The notes under the pieces: model-generated
Database searches by the model: none
Seen by the model: only the letters and a program-made list of their open reading frames with translations
What the model was told of the DNA's origin: nothing
NCBI GenBank assembly: GCA_038727515.1
Contig: JAVYVS010000004.1
Location: 32,001 to 96,000 of the forward strand
From: Candidatus Methanomethylicia archaeon
GTDB taxonomy: Archaea; Thermoproteota; Methanomethylicia; Culexarchaeales; Culexarchaeaceae
Direction: 5' to 3'
DNA: 64,000 nucleotides
Shown here: piece by piece, positions 19,564 through 28,140 of the stretch
How the letters are laid out: every line of letters begins with the position of its first letter
Numbering within the stretch: the stretch's first letter is position 1
Made by a program: the position numbers and the translations under genes

Positions 19564-20211
19564 TTGTGTGTGAATTCAAGTGGAATTGAATCAGTTCTTA
19601 ATTCAATACCTTCATATAGCTTTGAACTTGGATTAAACCTTAAATCTAAGGATGATAGGTTTAAATGGTTTATTGCTTCAATACTATTTGCCAAGAGGAT
19701 CTCATCAAAGATAGCTTCAAAAACATTTAGAGTGTTTGTTGAGAGGGGTTTAACAACTCCAAGAGCTATTCTAAATGCTGGATGGAACTCTATTGTTGAA
19801 GTTTTAGATGAAGGTGGATATGTTAGATATGATTTTTCAACAGCTACAAACATCATTGAGAATATGAAGATCTTAATGGAAAAGTATCATGGGGATATAG
19901 ATAGCATTCATGAATATGCTTCTGATGAAAGGGATTTGGAAGCTAGATTAATGGAGTTTAGAGGTTTTGGACCTGTAGCTATAAACATTTTCCTTAGGGA
20001 ACTTAGAGATATTTGGAGTAAAGCTAAACCAAAACCTTCAAAGTATGCTGTGAACGTCGCTTTAAAGGTGGGTTTAAATCAAGATCTACTTGAAAGATAT
20101 GAATCTCAGCTTGTTAGGGTATTTATTGAGTATTGTAAAAGGGGGTTTTGCGATAAATGTCCATTGAGTAAGTATTGTAGTAGTAAGAGTGTAAATCCAT
20201 TTAAACCTTAA
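19564..20211 (+). CDS. HhH-GPD superfamily DNA glycosylase-like protein
   Basis: KWFIASILFAKRIS; GGYVRYD; HhH motif LMEFRGFGPVAINIFLREL; C-terminal Cys cluster CKRGFCDKCPLSKYC. Confidence 0.75.
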   Translation: MCVNSSGIESVLNSIPSYSFELGLNLKSKDDRFKWFIASILFAKRISSKIASKTFRVFVERGLTTPRAILNAGWNSIVEVLDEGGYVRYDFSTATNIIENMKILMEKYHGDIDSIHEYASDERDLEARLMEFRGFGPVAINIFLRELRDIWSKAKPKPSKYAVNVALKVGLNQDLLERYESQLVRVFIEYCKRGFCDKCPLSKYCSSKSVNPFKP

Positions 20212-20267
20212 TGGTTGATGGAAAGATTTATAGTGTAATGGTAGCTTACATATGTTAATACAATAAT

Positions 20268-21422
20268 TTGAGGTGTATTTATTTGAGGTATAGGCGTTTT
20301 GGAAGTTTGGATTGGTATGTTTCTGCTCTTGGTTTTGGGGCTATGAGGCTTCCAACTCTTGGCGGTGATTATAGTAGTGTTGATGAAGATGAAGCTATTA
20401 AAATGATTAGGTATGGTATTGAGCATGGGATAAACTATATTGATACTGCATATGGATATCATGGTGGTAAGAGTGAAGTTATTGTTGGGAGGGCTATTGA
20501 AGGTTTTCGTGATCGTGTGCGTATAGCTACTAAAATGCCCATTTGGCTTGTTAACTCACATTCTGATATGGATAGGGTTTTAAATGAGCAGCTGAATAGG
20601 TTGAATATTGATTATATAGACTTCTATCTACTCCATGGATTGAATAAAGATAGGTGGAGGAAGGTTAAGGAGCTTAATGTTTTTGAATGGTTGGAGTATG
20701 CATTAGCTGAGGGTAAAATTAAGTATGTAGGTTTTAGCTTTCACGATTCCTTTGAAGTCTTTAAGGAGATTGTAGATTCATATAATTGGACTCTATGTCA
20801 AATTCAATATAATTATTTGGATGTTGATTATCAAGCTGGAGTTAGAGGTTTAAAGTATGCTGCTTCGAAGGGTCTTGCAGTTGTGGTTATGGAGCCTCTT
20901 GCAGGAGGTTTACTTGCAAATCCACCTCCCGAGGTGGTTGAAGTTTTTAGGAGAGCAAAGATTGAGAGGAGTATTGTGGAATGGGCTTTACTGTGGGTTT
21001 GGAATCACCCTGAAGTTTCAGTTGCACTTAGTGGTATGAGTAGTATGCAGCAAGTGGTTGAGAATGTTAAGTATGCTGAGAACGCTATTCCAAATATTCT
21101 CTCCAATGAGGAGTTAATACTTTTCGATGAGGCTAGGAGGATTCTCCGAACCACTGGATTTATAAATTGTAGTAAGTGTAGGTATTGTCAACCATGTCCA
21201 AATGGGGTTCTTATACCTGAAATATTTGAGTATTACAACTTGTATTTTATTAGGGGTAGAGATCCATCGGTTATAGATGAATATAATTCTAAGGTTCCAA
21301 TTCAAGGTAGAGTTGAAAACTGTGTTAAATGTGGTGTATGTGAATCTCTATGTCCACAACACATTGAAATAAGGCTTTGGCTTGATAGAGCTAGAAGATT
21401 ATTTCAACGTCCAACTAGATGA
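20268..21422 (+). CDS. Aldo/keto reductase with C-terminal 4Fe-4S dicluster
   Basis: LGFGAMRLP; YIDTAYGYHGGKSE; IATK; GFSFH; CSKCRYCQPCP; CVKCGVCESLCPQ. Confidence 0.92.
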   Translation: MRCIYLRYRRFGSLDWYVSALGFGAMRLPTLGGDYSSVDEDEAIKMIRYGIEHGINYIDTAYGYHGGKSEVIVGRAIEGFRDRVRIATKMPIWLVNSHSDMDRVLNEQLNRLNIDYIDFYLLHGLNKDRWRKVKELNVFEWLEYALAEGKIKYVGFSFHDSFEVFKEIVDSYNWTLCQIQYNYLDVDYQAGVRGLKYAASKGLAVVVMEPLAGGLLANPPPEVVEVFRRAKIERSIVEWALLWVWNHPEVSVALSGMSSMQQVVENVKYAENAIPNILSNEELILFDEARRILRTTGFINCSKCRYCQPCPNGVLIPEIFEYYNLYFIRGRDPSVIDEYNSKVPIQGRVENCVKCGVCESLCPQHIEIRLWLDRARRLFQRPTR

Positions 21423-21438
21423 ACTAGGTATTGGGTGA

Positions 21439-22092
21439 TTGATAATGAGTTATAATACATATAGAGATTGGCATGTTAAATGTAATGTAAATCTAGTTTT
21501 AGATAATCTTAGTAGAAGGGGGTTTAAAGCATTATATTTTGAGAGGGTTGAAGAAGCTAAAAACCATATTTTATCACTTATACCTAAAAATGCAGTTGTA
21601 GGAGTTGGAGGTTCAGTTACCATTAGAGAGTTAGGCTTAATAGAAGATTTAGAGGCTAGAGGGAATAGAATTATTCATCATTGGATTAAGGGTTTAAGTC
21701 TTGAGGAATCGTATAAGATTAGAGTTTTAGAGAATACTTGTGATTTCTATCTTAGTAGTTGTAATGCTATAACCATGGATGGAGTTATTGTTAATGCTGA
21801 TTCATCTGGTAATAGAATTGCAGCTTTAGCCTTTGGACCTAGGAATGTTATAATTGTAGCTGGAATTAATAAGATTGTTTATGATATTGATGCAGCTTTA
21901 TGGAGGATATATAATGTTGCTGCTCCAATGAATTCCCGTAGACTTGGAGTTGGAGTTCCATGTGCTGAAAATGGTTATTGTACAAATTGTAATTCCATGG
22001 AGTGTCCAGTTAGGGTTATTGAGATAATTGAACGGAAGCCTCAACTTACAGATTACCATGTAATAATTGTAAATGCAATTTTAGGTTTCTAA
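21439..22092 (+). CDS. LUD-domain (lactate utilisation, LutC/YkgG-like) protein
   Basis: GVGGSVTI; SSCNAITMDG; NADSSGNRIAAL; GINKIV; AAPMN; PCAENGYCTNC. Confidence 0.85.
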   Translation: MIMSYNTYRDWHVKCNVNLVLDNLSRRGFKALYFERVEEAKNHILSLIPKNAVVGVGGSVTIRELGLIEDLEARGNRIIHHWIKGLSLEESYKIRVLENTCDFYLSSCNAITMDGVIVNADSSGNRIAALAFGPRNVIIVAGINKIVYDIDAALWRIYNVAAPMNSRRLGVGVPCAENGYCTNCNSMECPVRVIEIIERKPQLTDYHVIIVNAILGF

Positions 22093-22097
22093 ACCTA

Positions 22098-22742
22098 TTA
22101 CTTTAAATATCCTAATACTACTCTCATCCTATTTTCTATGGGTGATAGTTTTCCAAATACCTTTGTTCTCCCCAATTTAATGGCCTTTAAGATTTCCTCT
22201 ATTGATAATTCATTTACTTCTATGATTGTATATGCATTTCCAATACATTTTGGATTGTGTGCATCACTTCCAGCGGTTATTGGAACTCTAATTCTATTGA
22301 TTATCTTCCATCCTCTTCTCAAAATAAATTTGAATGGGTAATTTGAATTAAAGGCTTCTATTGCATCTGGCTTTTTAATAATCCATTTATTCATCTTATT
22401 TACTTCTATTGCTGGATGAGCTATTATTGTTATTCCACCAAGACTTCTAATCCAATCTATTGCATCTTCATATATCAATCTAGTTTTATCCTCTAAATTT
22501 ACATTTACTCCCAATGCTAGTATATGTCCTGCATCTGTCTTTAATTCTAATCCTGGAATTACCATTAAACCCAATTTACTAGAATACTTCTCTACTTCTC
22601 TTAAGGCTATTGTTGTATTATGGTCTGTTATTGCAATTCCATTTAAACCTTTTCGATAGGCTTCCAATAATATTTCTCTTATACTTCCAATTCCATCTGA
22701 GTATTCTGTGTGTACGTGTAGATCGAATTTCAGTTTTTGCAA
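22098..22742 (-). CDS. PHP domain phosphoesterase
   Basis: DLHVHTEYSDG; ITDHN; GHIL; AHP; GSDAH. Confidence 0.9.
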   Translation of the reverse strand: MQKLKFDLHVHTEYSDGIGSIREILLEAYRKGLNGIAITDHNTTIALREVEKYSSKLGLMVIPGLELKTDAGHILALGVNVNLEDKTRLIYEDAIDWIRSLGGITIIAHPAIEVNKMNKWIIKKPDAIEAFNSNYPFKFILRRGWKIINRIRVPITAGSDAHNPKCIGNAYTIIEVNELSIEEILKAIKLGRTKVFGKLSPIENRMRVVLGYLK

Positions 22743-23077
22743 ATTACCACTTCACTTATCCATTGTAGGTATGGTTTGTATCCCGCTATTATTGGTATTG
22801 CAATTATTTCTGGTACTGTATAGCTATGTAAACTTTTAACTCTCGTATATAGTTTTTCAATTACCTCTTTCTTAGTCTTTATTACTATTAATGCTTCTTG
22901 AGCTTCCTCCATTTTCCCCATCCATAGGAATTTAGATTTAACATTTTCAATTATGTTTGCACATGCTATAAGTTTCTCCTCCAATAATGCATTAACAATC
23001 TTTTCAGCTTCACTTATACTTGGTGTTGTTATTAGTACTACTATGTATTCATCATTATCAACCATATTAAACACCAA
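22730..23077 (-). CDS. cutA: Divalent-cation tolerance protein CutA
   Basis: LIACANII; WMGKMEE; IKT; HSYTVPEII. Confidence 0.92.
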   Translation of the reverse strand: MVFNMVDNDEYIVVLITTPSISEAEKIVNALLEEKLIACANIIENVKSKFLWMGKMEEAQEALIVIKTKKEVIEKLYTRVKSLHSYTVPEIIAIPIIAGYKPYLQWISEVVICKN

Positions 23078-23557
23078 TTATTCATATTGGAATATCATAG
23101 ATATATAGTCTCCAATTAAATGCGCTATTACAACTACAATTAATGCTACAACTACATGTTCAATTATCATCCAATAATCCTTTTCCCTTCTACCTATTAG
23201 ATAGCTTAGGGATGCTAGTAGAATTACACCCCAAACTACACTCAATATTATTGCCATGGTTAAATCTTCCACTATCATTAATGGGATTATGAAGCTTGAA
23301 GCTATTATGAATTTAAATATGAATGTTGTTAATGTTGATATCCATATATCCCTTAAACTATGTATTCTCTCAGATTCTTCGGATATATGTATTCCAAGTG
23401 CATCTGAAAATGCATCTGCAATTGCTATAGTTAGAATTCCACCTAAAACTGCTATTTTTGAGTGTGTTCCAGAGTGTAATCCAACCATAAGTCCAAGTGT
23501 TGTTATAACTCCAGATGTGGATCCAAAGCTTGCTCCAACTTTGAATGAATGTCTCAT
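23078..23557 (-). CDS. VIT1/CCC1-like membrane protein
   Basis: FGSTSGVITTLGL; IAIADAFSDALGIHISEE; multiple TM helices. Confidence 0.75.
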   Translation of the reverse strand: MRHSFKVGASFGSTSGVITTLGLMVGLHSGTHSKIAVLGGILTIAIADAFSDALGIHISEESERIHSLRDIWISTLTTFIFKFIIASSFIIPLMIVEDLTMAIILSVVWGVILLASLSYLIGRREKDYWMIIEHVVVALIVVVIAHLIGDYISMIFQYE

Positions 23558-23568
23558 TAGATATCTTT

Positions 23569-24123
23569 CTAAGATTGATTGTCTCTACCTATAAGTTTTT
23601 TCATTAGTTTGTTTAAATCTAGGTTTATCTTTAAAGCTTTCTCATTAATATTATTCCAAGTATGCTTTAAAATCTCCTCTAAATGCAAAGTTTTTACACC
23701 ATATTGAACCCTGTAATTCATGGATTGAATGTACGTTGCAATTCCATCAGCTAAATCCACAATTTTAGCTTCTAAACTTTCACCCTTAGAATAATCTAAA
23801 TAGGCTTCCACTAAATCTCTTTCACCCAAAATCTCTTTAACAATTTCTAAACTAATTTTCGATAATCTTTCCTCATCAAGTCTTTCTTTAATTGGTTTAG
23901 GTATATCAGATATTAGAGCTTCTGGTAAATCATGTATTAAAGCCATCTTTAAAACTTTATATTCATCTAAACATTCAAGTTCTCTACATATCACCATAGC
24001 TATAAATGCAACCTTTAAAGTATGTTCTGCTATATTTTCAGCAATATCATTTGGTATCTTAGCCATGATCCAACCAGTTCTCTTAATCCTACCAAGTCTT
24101 TCCAGTACTTCAAATAAATCCAT
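23569..24123 (-). CDS. HD-domain hydrolase (YfbR/HDDC2-like 5'-deoxynucleotidase)
   Basis: RTGW; ENIAEH; ALIHDLPEA; DLAD. Confidence 0.88.
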   Translation of the reverse strand: MDLFEVLERLGRIKRTGWIMAKIPNDIAENIAEHTLKVAFIAMVICRELECLDEYKVLKMALIHDLPEALISDIPKPIKERLDEERLSKISLEIVKEILGERDLVEAYLDYSKGESLEAKIVDLADGIATYIQSMNYRVQYGVKTLHLEEILKHTWNNINEKALKINLDLNKLMKKLIGRDNQS

Positions 24124-24223
24124 AAATCACTATTTACACTTTGAAGAATAAATAATATTCCTTAACTCTAGAGTTAATGATGTTAAAGATTTACTACTTT
24201 AAGTTCATAGGGAACTATACTCT

Positions 24224-24727
24224 TCAATTACCTCTTTTAATTGTTACCTCTAATATTCCATTCCTATACTTCTTCTCCATACTCTTTATATTAATATTTG
24301 ATGGTAAATCTACTTCTTTATAGTAGTCTTTGTATTTTGAGTATGCCTTTATAATTAGTTTTCCATCCTTTACATTAACGTTTATATCCTTTTCATCTAC
24401 TCCAGGTATTTCTGCAATCACCTTTATTTCTCCATTTCTATCAATTACTTCTACAAGTGGTTCTTCACTTTCTTCTTCAATATCATCATAAACCTTTCTC
24501 TTCTGCTTTATATTTCCAAATTCTTTCTTTATGATTTTTCCATCTGGACCTATTGTTATACTATATCCATATATGTATGGTCCCCACACTCTTACTCTAC
24601 TATCATCTGGAAGTATCTCCTCCTTGAATTCATGATTGAATATATCCATATCCTCTATCTCCCTCATCCTCCTCTCCATTTCCTCTATTATCTTCTTCCA
24701 ATTCTTTATGAAATCATCATAGAACAT
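24224..24727 (-). CDS. hsp20: Small heat shock protein Hsp20 (archaeal type)
   Basis: GPYIYGYSITIGPDGK..EFGN; EPLVEV; AEIPGV; YRNGILEV. Confidence 0.93.
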   Translation of the reverse strand: MFYDDFIKNWKKIIEEMERRMREIEDMDIFNHEFKEEILPDDSRVRVWGPYIYGYSITIGPDGKIIKKEFGNIKQKRKVYDDIEEESEEPLVEVIDRNGEIKVIAEIPGVDEKDINVNVKDGKLIIKAYSKYKDYYKEVDLPSNINIKSMEKKYRNGILEVTIKRGN

Positions 24728-25121
24728 TTATCTCACCTCCTAAATCCTCCATTAATTCCATTAATTTTGTTAAGGCGAGGGTTAATGTTGTGAATATTAT
24801 TCTTCCATGATTTGAACATCTATATCCTCCCTTACCATTTCTCTCTAGTAGTCCAATTGAACTTAATCTTCTAATGTTTTCCCAAATTATCTTTGGATTT
24901 GCATCTAGCATTTTCATTATTTCTGTAAAACTTACAGGTTTTGGGTATTCATCCATCATCTTCATTAACATCATAATTCTAGTTTCATTGCTTAATGCTT
25001 CAAATATCCGTGTTATTTCTTTACATTTCTTTCTTAGATGATCTATTTCAATAGTTGTAGGTGTTAGTGGAGCTTCCCATATTACCTCTCCATCTTTAAC
25101 TATTTGTATTTTCAGAGTCAT
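24717..25121 (-). CDS. ArsR-family winged-helix regulator (putative hsp20 repressor)
   Basis: IFEALSNETRIMML...SFTEIM...LSSIGLLER; overlaps the hsp20 start. Confidence 0.8.
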   Translation of the reverse strand: MTLKIQIVKDGEVIWEAPLTPTTIEIDHLRKKCKEITRIFEALSNETRIMMLMKMMDEYPKPVSFTEIMKMLDANPKIIWENIRRLSSIGLLERNGKGGYRCSNHGRIIFTTLTLALTKLMELMEDLGGEINVL

Positions 25122-25135
25122 AACCCTCGCCCTAA

Positions 25136-25172
25136 ATTACCTTTTGGTAATTACCAATTGGTAATATATAAA
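25136..25172 (-). promoter_or_regulatory. TATA box (TTTATATA, 25172-25165) followed by tandem operator palindromes TTACC-N4-GGTAA
   Basis: TTACCttttGGTAA (25137-25150) and TTACCaattGGTAA (25151-25164) lie between the TATA box and the ATG at 25121. Confidence 0.8.
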
Positions 25173-25174
25173 TC

Positions 25175-26371
25175 TTACGGTAATATTATCTTACCCATTA
25201 CAACTCTTTCTAATGCTCCAGTGGCTGAAGGAACATTATTTGGAAATCCACTTATAGTTTCATTTGCCAGTATGATCATTACAAGTGGTTCTTTTGCTTG
25301 TGATGGTATTCCATAATCTTCATGTAAGCTAATCTTTGTTTTTGGATTTAATTCTTTAATCATCTCCATTAAAACTCTATTTCTACTTCCACCTCCACCA
25401 ATTATGATTTCATCTGGTTTTTCCGGTAGGTATTTAATGTAGCTTTCAGTTATGGTTTTCGCCGTATAATATGTTGCTGTTGCAATTATATCTTCCCATT
25501 TCAAATTCATTTCTCTAGCTTTTCCAATAATCTTCTTAACATATGATTCTCCAAATTCTTCTCTACCGGTGGTTTTTGGAGGTTTCTTCTTTAGATATGG
25601 ATGTTTCATCATGTAATTCAGCAATACCTCATTCACTTTCCCCTTTGCTGCTATTTCTCCATTTAAATCCATGTTGAGTTTTCCATGACTCATCTCTCTA
25701 ACTATTGCATCTATTATCATGTTTCCAGGTCCTGTATCGAAGGCTATTACATCCTTTATCTCTGCATTCCTTGGTATATATGTTACATTGGCTATTCCAC
25801 CAATATTTTGAATAGCTCTACAAATATCTATGCTTCTAAATATTATGTAATCTGCATATGCACTTATTGGTGCTCCATTACCACCTGCAGCTACATCTTT
25901 ATGTCTGAAATCAGCTATGGTAATGATCTTTGTTTTATAAGCTATTATTGATGGTTCTCCTATTTGTAGTGTTGATCTAGTTTTATACCCATATATATCT
26001 TCAATCTTTGGATTATGGTATATGGTCTGCCCATGACTTGCTATAAAATCCACATCCCCCCTACTTAAACCAACTTCATCCATTGCTTCCAAAGCTTTCT
26101 CTGCAAATATCATTCCTAAAACATAATTTAATTGGCATATCCTCTTTACATTTCCAGTTTTTGGATTTGTTGATTTCAATATTAATCTACGAATTTCATT
26201 ATCATATTCAAATGTCTTATGGTATAGTATTTTGAATTTTGTATTTATCCAATTACCCTTTAATTTAGCTATTACTATTGATACTCCATCTAATGATGTT
26301 CCAGACATTATTCCTAAACCTATCTTTTCCTCCTTTGATTTCAATTCAAATAATTTCTCTATGGGGTTCAA
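25175..26371 (-). CDS. anmK: Anhydro-N-acetylmuramic acid kinase
   Basis: GIMSGTSLDG; SHGQTIYH; TLQIG; DFRHKDVAAGGNGAP; NIGGIANVT; FDTGPGNMIID; PKTTGREEFG; GGGSRN; AKE. Confidence 0.95.
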   Translation of the reverse strand: MNPIEKLFELKSKEEKIGLGIMSGTSLDGVSIVIAKLKGNWINTKFKILYHKTFEYDNEIRRLILKSTNPKTGNVKRICQLNYVLGMIFAEKALEAMDEVGLSRGDVDFIASHGQTIYHNPKIEDIYGYKTRSTLQIGEPSIIAYKTKIITIADFRHKDVAAGGNGAPISAYADYIIFRSIDICRAIQNIGGIANVTYIPRNAEIKDVIAFDTGPGNMIIDAIVREMSHGKLNMDLNGEIAAKGKVNEVLLNYMMKHPYLKKKPPKTTGREEFGESYVKKIIGKAREMNLKWEDIIATATYYTAKTITESYIKYLPEKPDEIIIGGGGSRNRVLMEMIKELNPKTKISLHEDYGIPSQAKEPLVMIILANETISGFPNNVPSATGALERVVMGKIILP

Positions 26372-26423
26372 TTTATCTTCAATTCACTACTTATCTCACT
26401 TTACATTTAATCCTTCCCTAAAT

Positions 26424-26822
26424 TTATTCTACTTTTACTTCTCTTCCAATCTTTTTCTTTCGTAATTCTATGGTTAGTAATCCTTCAAAATACTTTGCTT
26501 TTGCACTTTCTGGTTCTACTGGATCTTCCAATTTAATCTTATACTTATACTCTTCTTTTCTCCCTACTATTTCAACTGATGTTTTAGCTGATATGCTTAT
26601 TGCATTCTCATTTACATATAGTTTTATATCTTCCTTCTTTACCCCTGGAAGTTCTACTGTCACTATATATTTATCATCTTCCTCTTTTATCTGATATCTT
26701 TCTGATATTACTCCGTGTTTATATGCTTTCATCTTTATTATTGGTAGTGGTATGTTTAATCCTCCAATTATCATTTTAATTTCCTTTTCCACTTTTCTAT
26801 TATCGTTACACATTTGTACCAC
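26424..26822 (-). CDS. Hsp20/alpha-crystallin family protein
   Basis: VELPGVKKEDIKL; AKAKYFEGLLTIEL; C-terminal VKVE. Confidence 0.88.
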   Translation of the reverse strand: MVQMCNDNRKVEKEIKMIIGGLNIPLPIIKMKAYKHGVISERYQIKEEDDKYIVTVELPGVKKEDIKLYVNENAISISAKTSVEIVGRKEEYKYKIKLEDPVEPESAKAKYFEGLLTIELRKKKIGREVKVE

Positions 26823-26867
26823 AATTAAATTTTAGTCTATTTTTGTATTTAAATTTTATTTTTGTAC

Positions 26868-27320
26868 TTATTCTATGGAAACTTTCCTCCAACCTTTAAG
26901 TTTCTCTTCCACTATCTTCATTTCTCCCTCTAGGAATTTCTTATATTCTTCTAGTTCTTCTACATCTTCTAGTTCTCTTGCTATGCTCATGTATTTCTCT
27001 GCTTCTCTAATTGATTTCTCCATTATGAATGATATATATTTCATTATTGATTTTATTTTTGGCTGTATTAGTTTTGGTATTTTATCTATTGCTTCAAATC
27101 CCTTATCAGTTAATTTTACACTACCATCAATTTCAAATTCTATATATCCCTTATCTCTAAGTTCTGAGAGTGATGTGTAGAAAGAGCTTTTTGATTCCAA
27201 TCCAAATTCATACATTTCTCTAAGTAGTTTTGCAGTCTTCTTTCCTCCACTTTTAAGTTTTAGTAGTATTGCTATTTGATGTGGATTTAATTTATCTTCT
27301 CCTACTTTAATTTTAAACAT
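26868..27320 (-). CDS. Winged-helix transcriptional regulator with C-terminal coiled coil
   Basis: SFYTSLSELRDKGYI...LTDKG. Confidence 0.75.
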   Translation of the reverse strand: MFKIKVGEDKLNPHQIAILLKLKSGGKKTAKLLREMYEFGLESKSSFYTSLSELRDKGYIEFEIDGSVKLTDKGFEAIDKIPKLIQPKIKSIMKYISFIMEKSIREAEKYMSIARELEDVEELEEYKKFLEGEMKIVEEKLKGWRKVSIE

Positions 27321-27326
27321 TCTTCT

Positions 27327-28043
27327 TCACTCTACTGTAAAGTATATTCTCCTTTTATCTTTCCCCTTATTTTGAACTTTTATCAATTTTACTTCTCCTA
27401 CTTCCATGGTATTCTTTACATGTGGTCCACCATCTGCTTGTACATCTAATCCCTCTATTTCCACTATTCTAAGTTCTTCTAATTCTGGTGGCATTCTTTC
27501 AGCTAATTTTACTATTCCAGGTATTTTTAATGCTTCCTCTCTTTTTAGGAAGTATATTTTTACTGGTAGTGCCATTTTAACTGCTTCATTAACTTTTCGA
27601 ATAGCATCTTCAAATATCTCTTTACTCATTGATGGTATATTAAAATCCATTTTCGCTTCATCTTCATCCACTTGTCCACCTGTTACAAGAGCATTATAAT
27701 GATTATACATTACTGCTACTAGTATGTGTGCTGCAGTATGTAGTCTCATTAATCTATATCTTCTCTCCCAATTTATTTCACCCTCCACTTCAATTCCAAT
27801 TTCAACTTTTGGTTCTATGTTTAATACATGTATTATATCTGCAGTGGTATGATCTAATTTTACATCTTGAACTTCATATTCTAATCCCATTATCCTAATT
27901 TTGCCAGTATCATTGGCTACTCCTCCAGTTTGTGGATGGAATATTGTTTGATCTAAAATCAATTCTCTACCATTACAGGCGAGAACTTTAGCTTTAAAAG
28001 TTTTTTGATAACTATCGTATTGATATAAGTGTTTTGTTGGCAT
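27327..28043 (-). CDS. alaX: AlaX-M trans-editing alanyl-tRNA deacylase
   Basis: LDQTIFHPQTGG; MRLHTAAH; DGGPHV (Cys replaced by Asp, as in AlaX-M). Start placed at ATG 28043 (MPTKHLY) behind a GGTGA RBS; the ORF track extends to 28097. Confidence 0.9.
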   Translation of the reverse strand: MPTKHLYQYDSYQKTFKAKVLACNGRELILDQTIFHPQTGGVANDTGKIRIMGLEYEVQDVKLDHTTADIIHVLNIEPKVEIGIEVEGEINWERRYRLMRLHTAAHILVAVMYNHYNALVTGGQVDEDEAKMDFNIPSMSKEIFEDAIRKVNEAVKMALPVKIYFLKREEALKIPGIVKLAERMPPELEELRIVEIEGLDVQADGGPHVKNTMEVGEVKLIKVQNKGKDKRRIYFTVE

Positions 28044-28140
28044 TTTAATCACCATTAAATCTTCTATACATGTTTTTAAGGGTTTCCATAATACCATAAA
28101 TTTTTAGGTGTATTTATTAAATATTTGTTGGTGTTTAACT

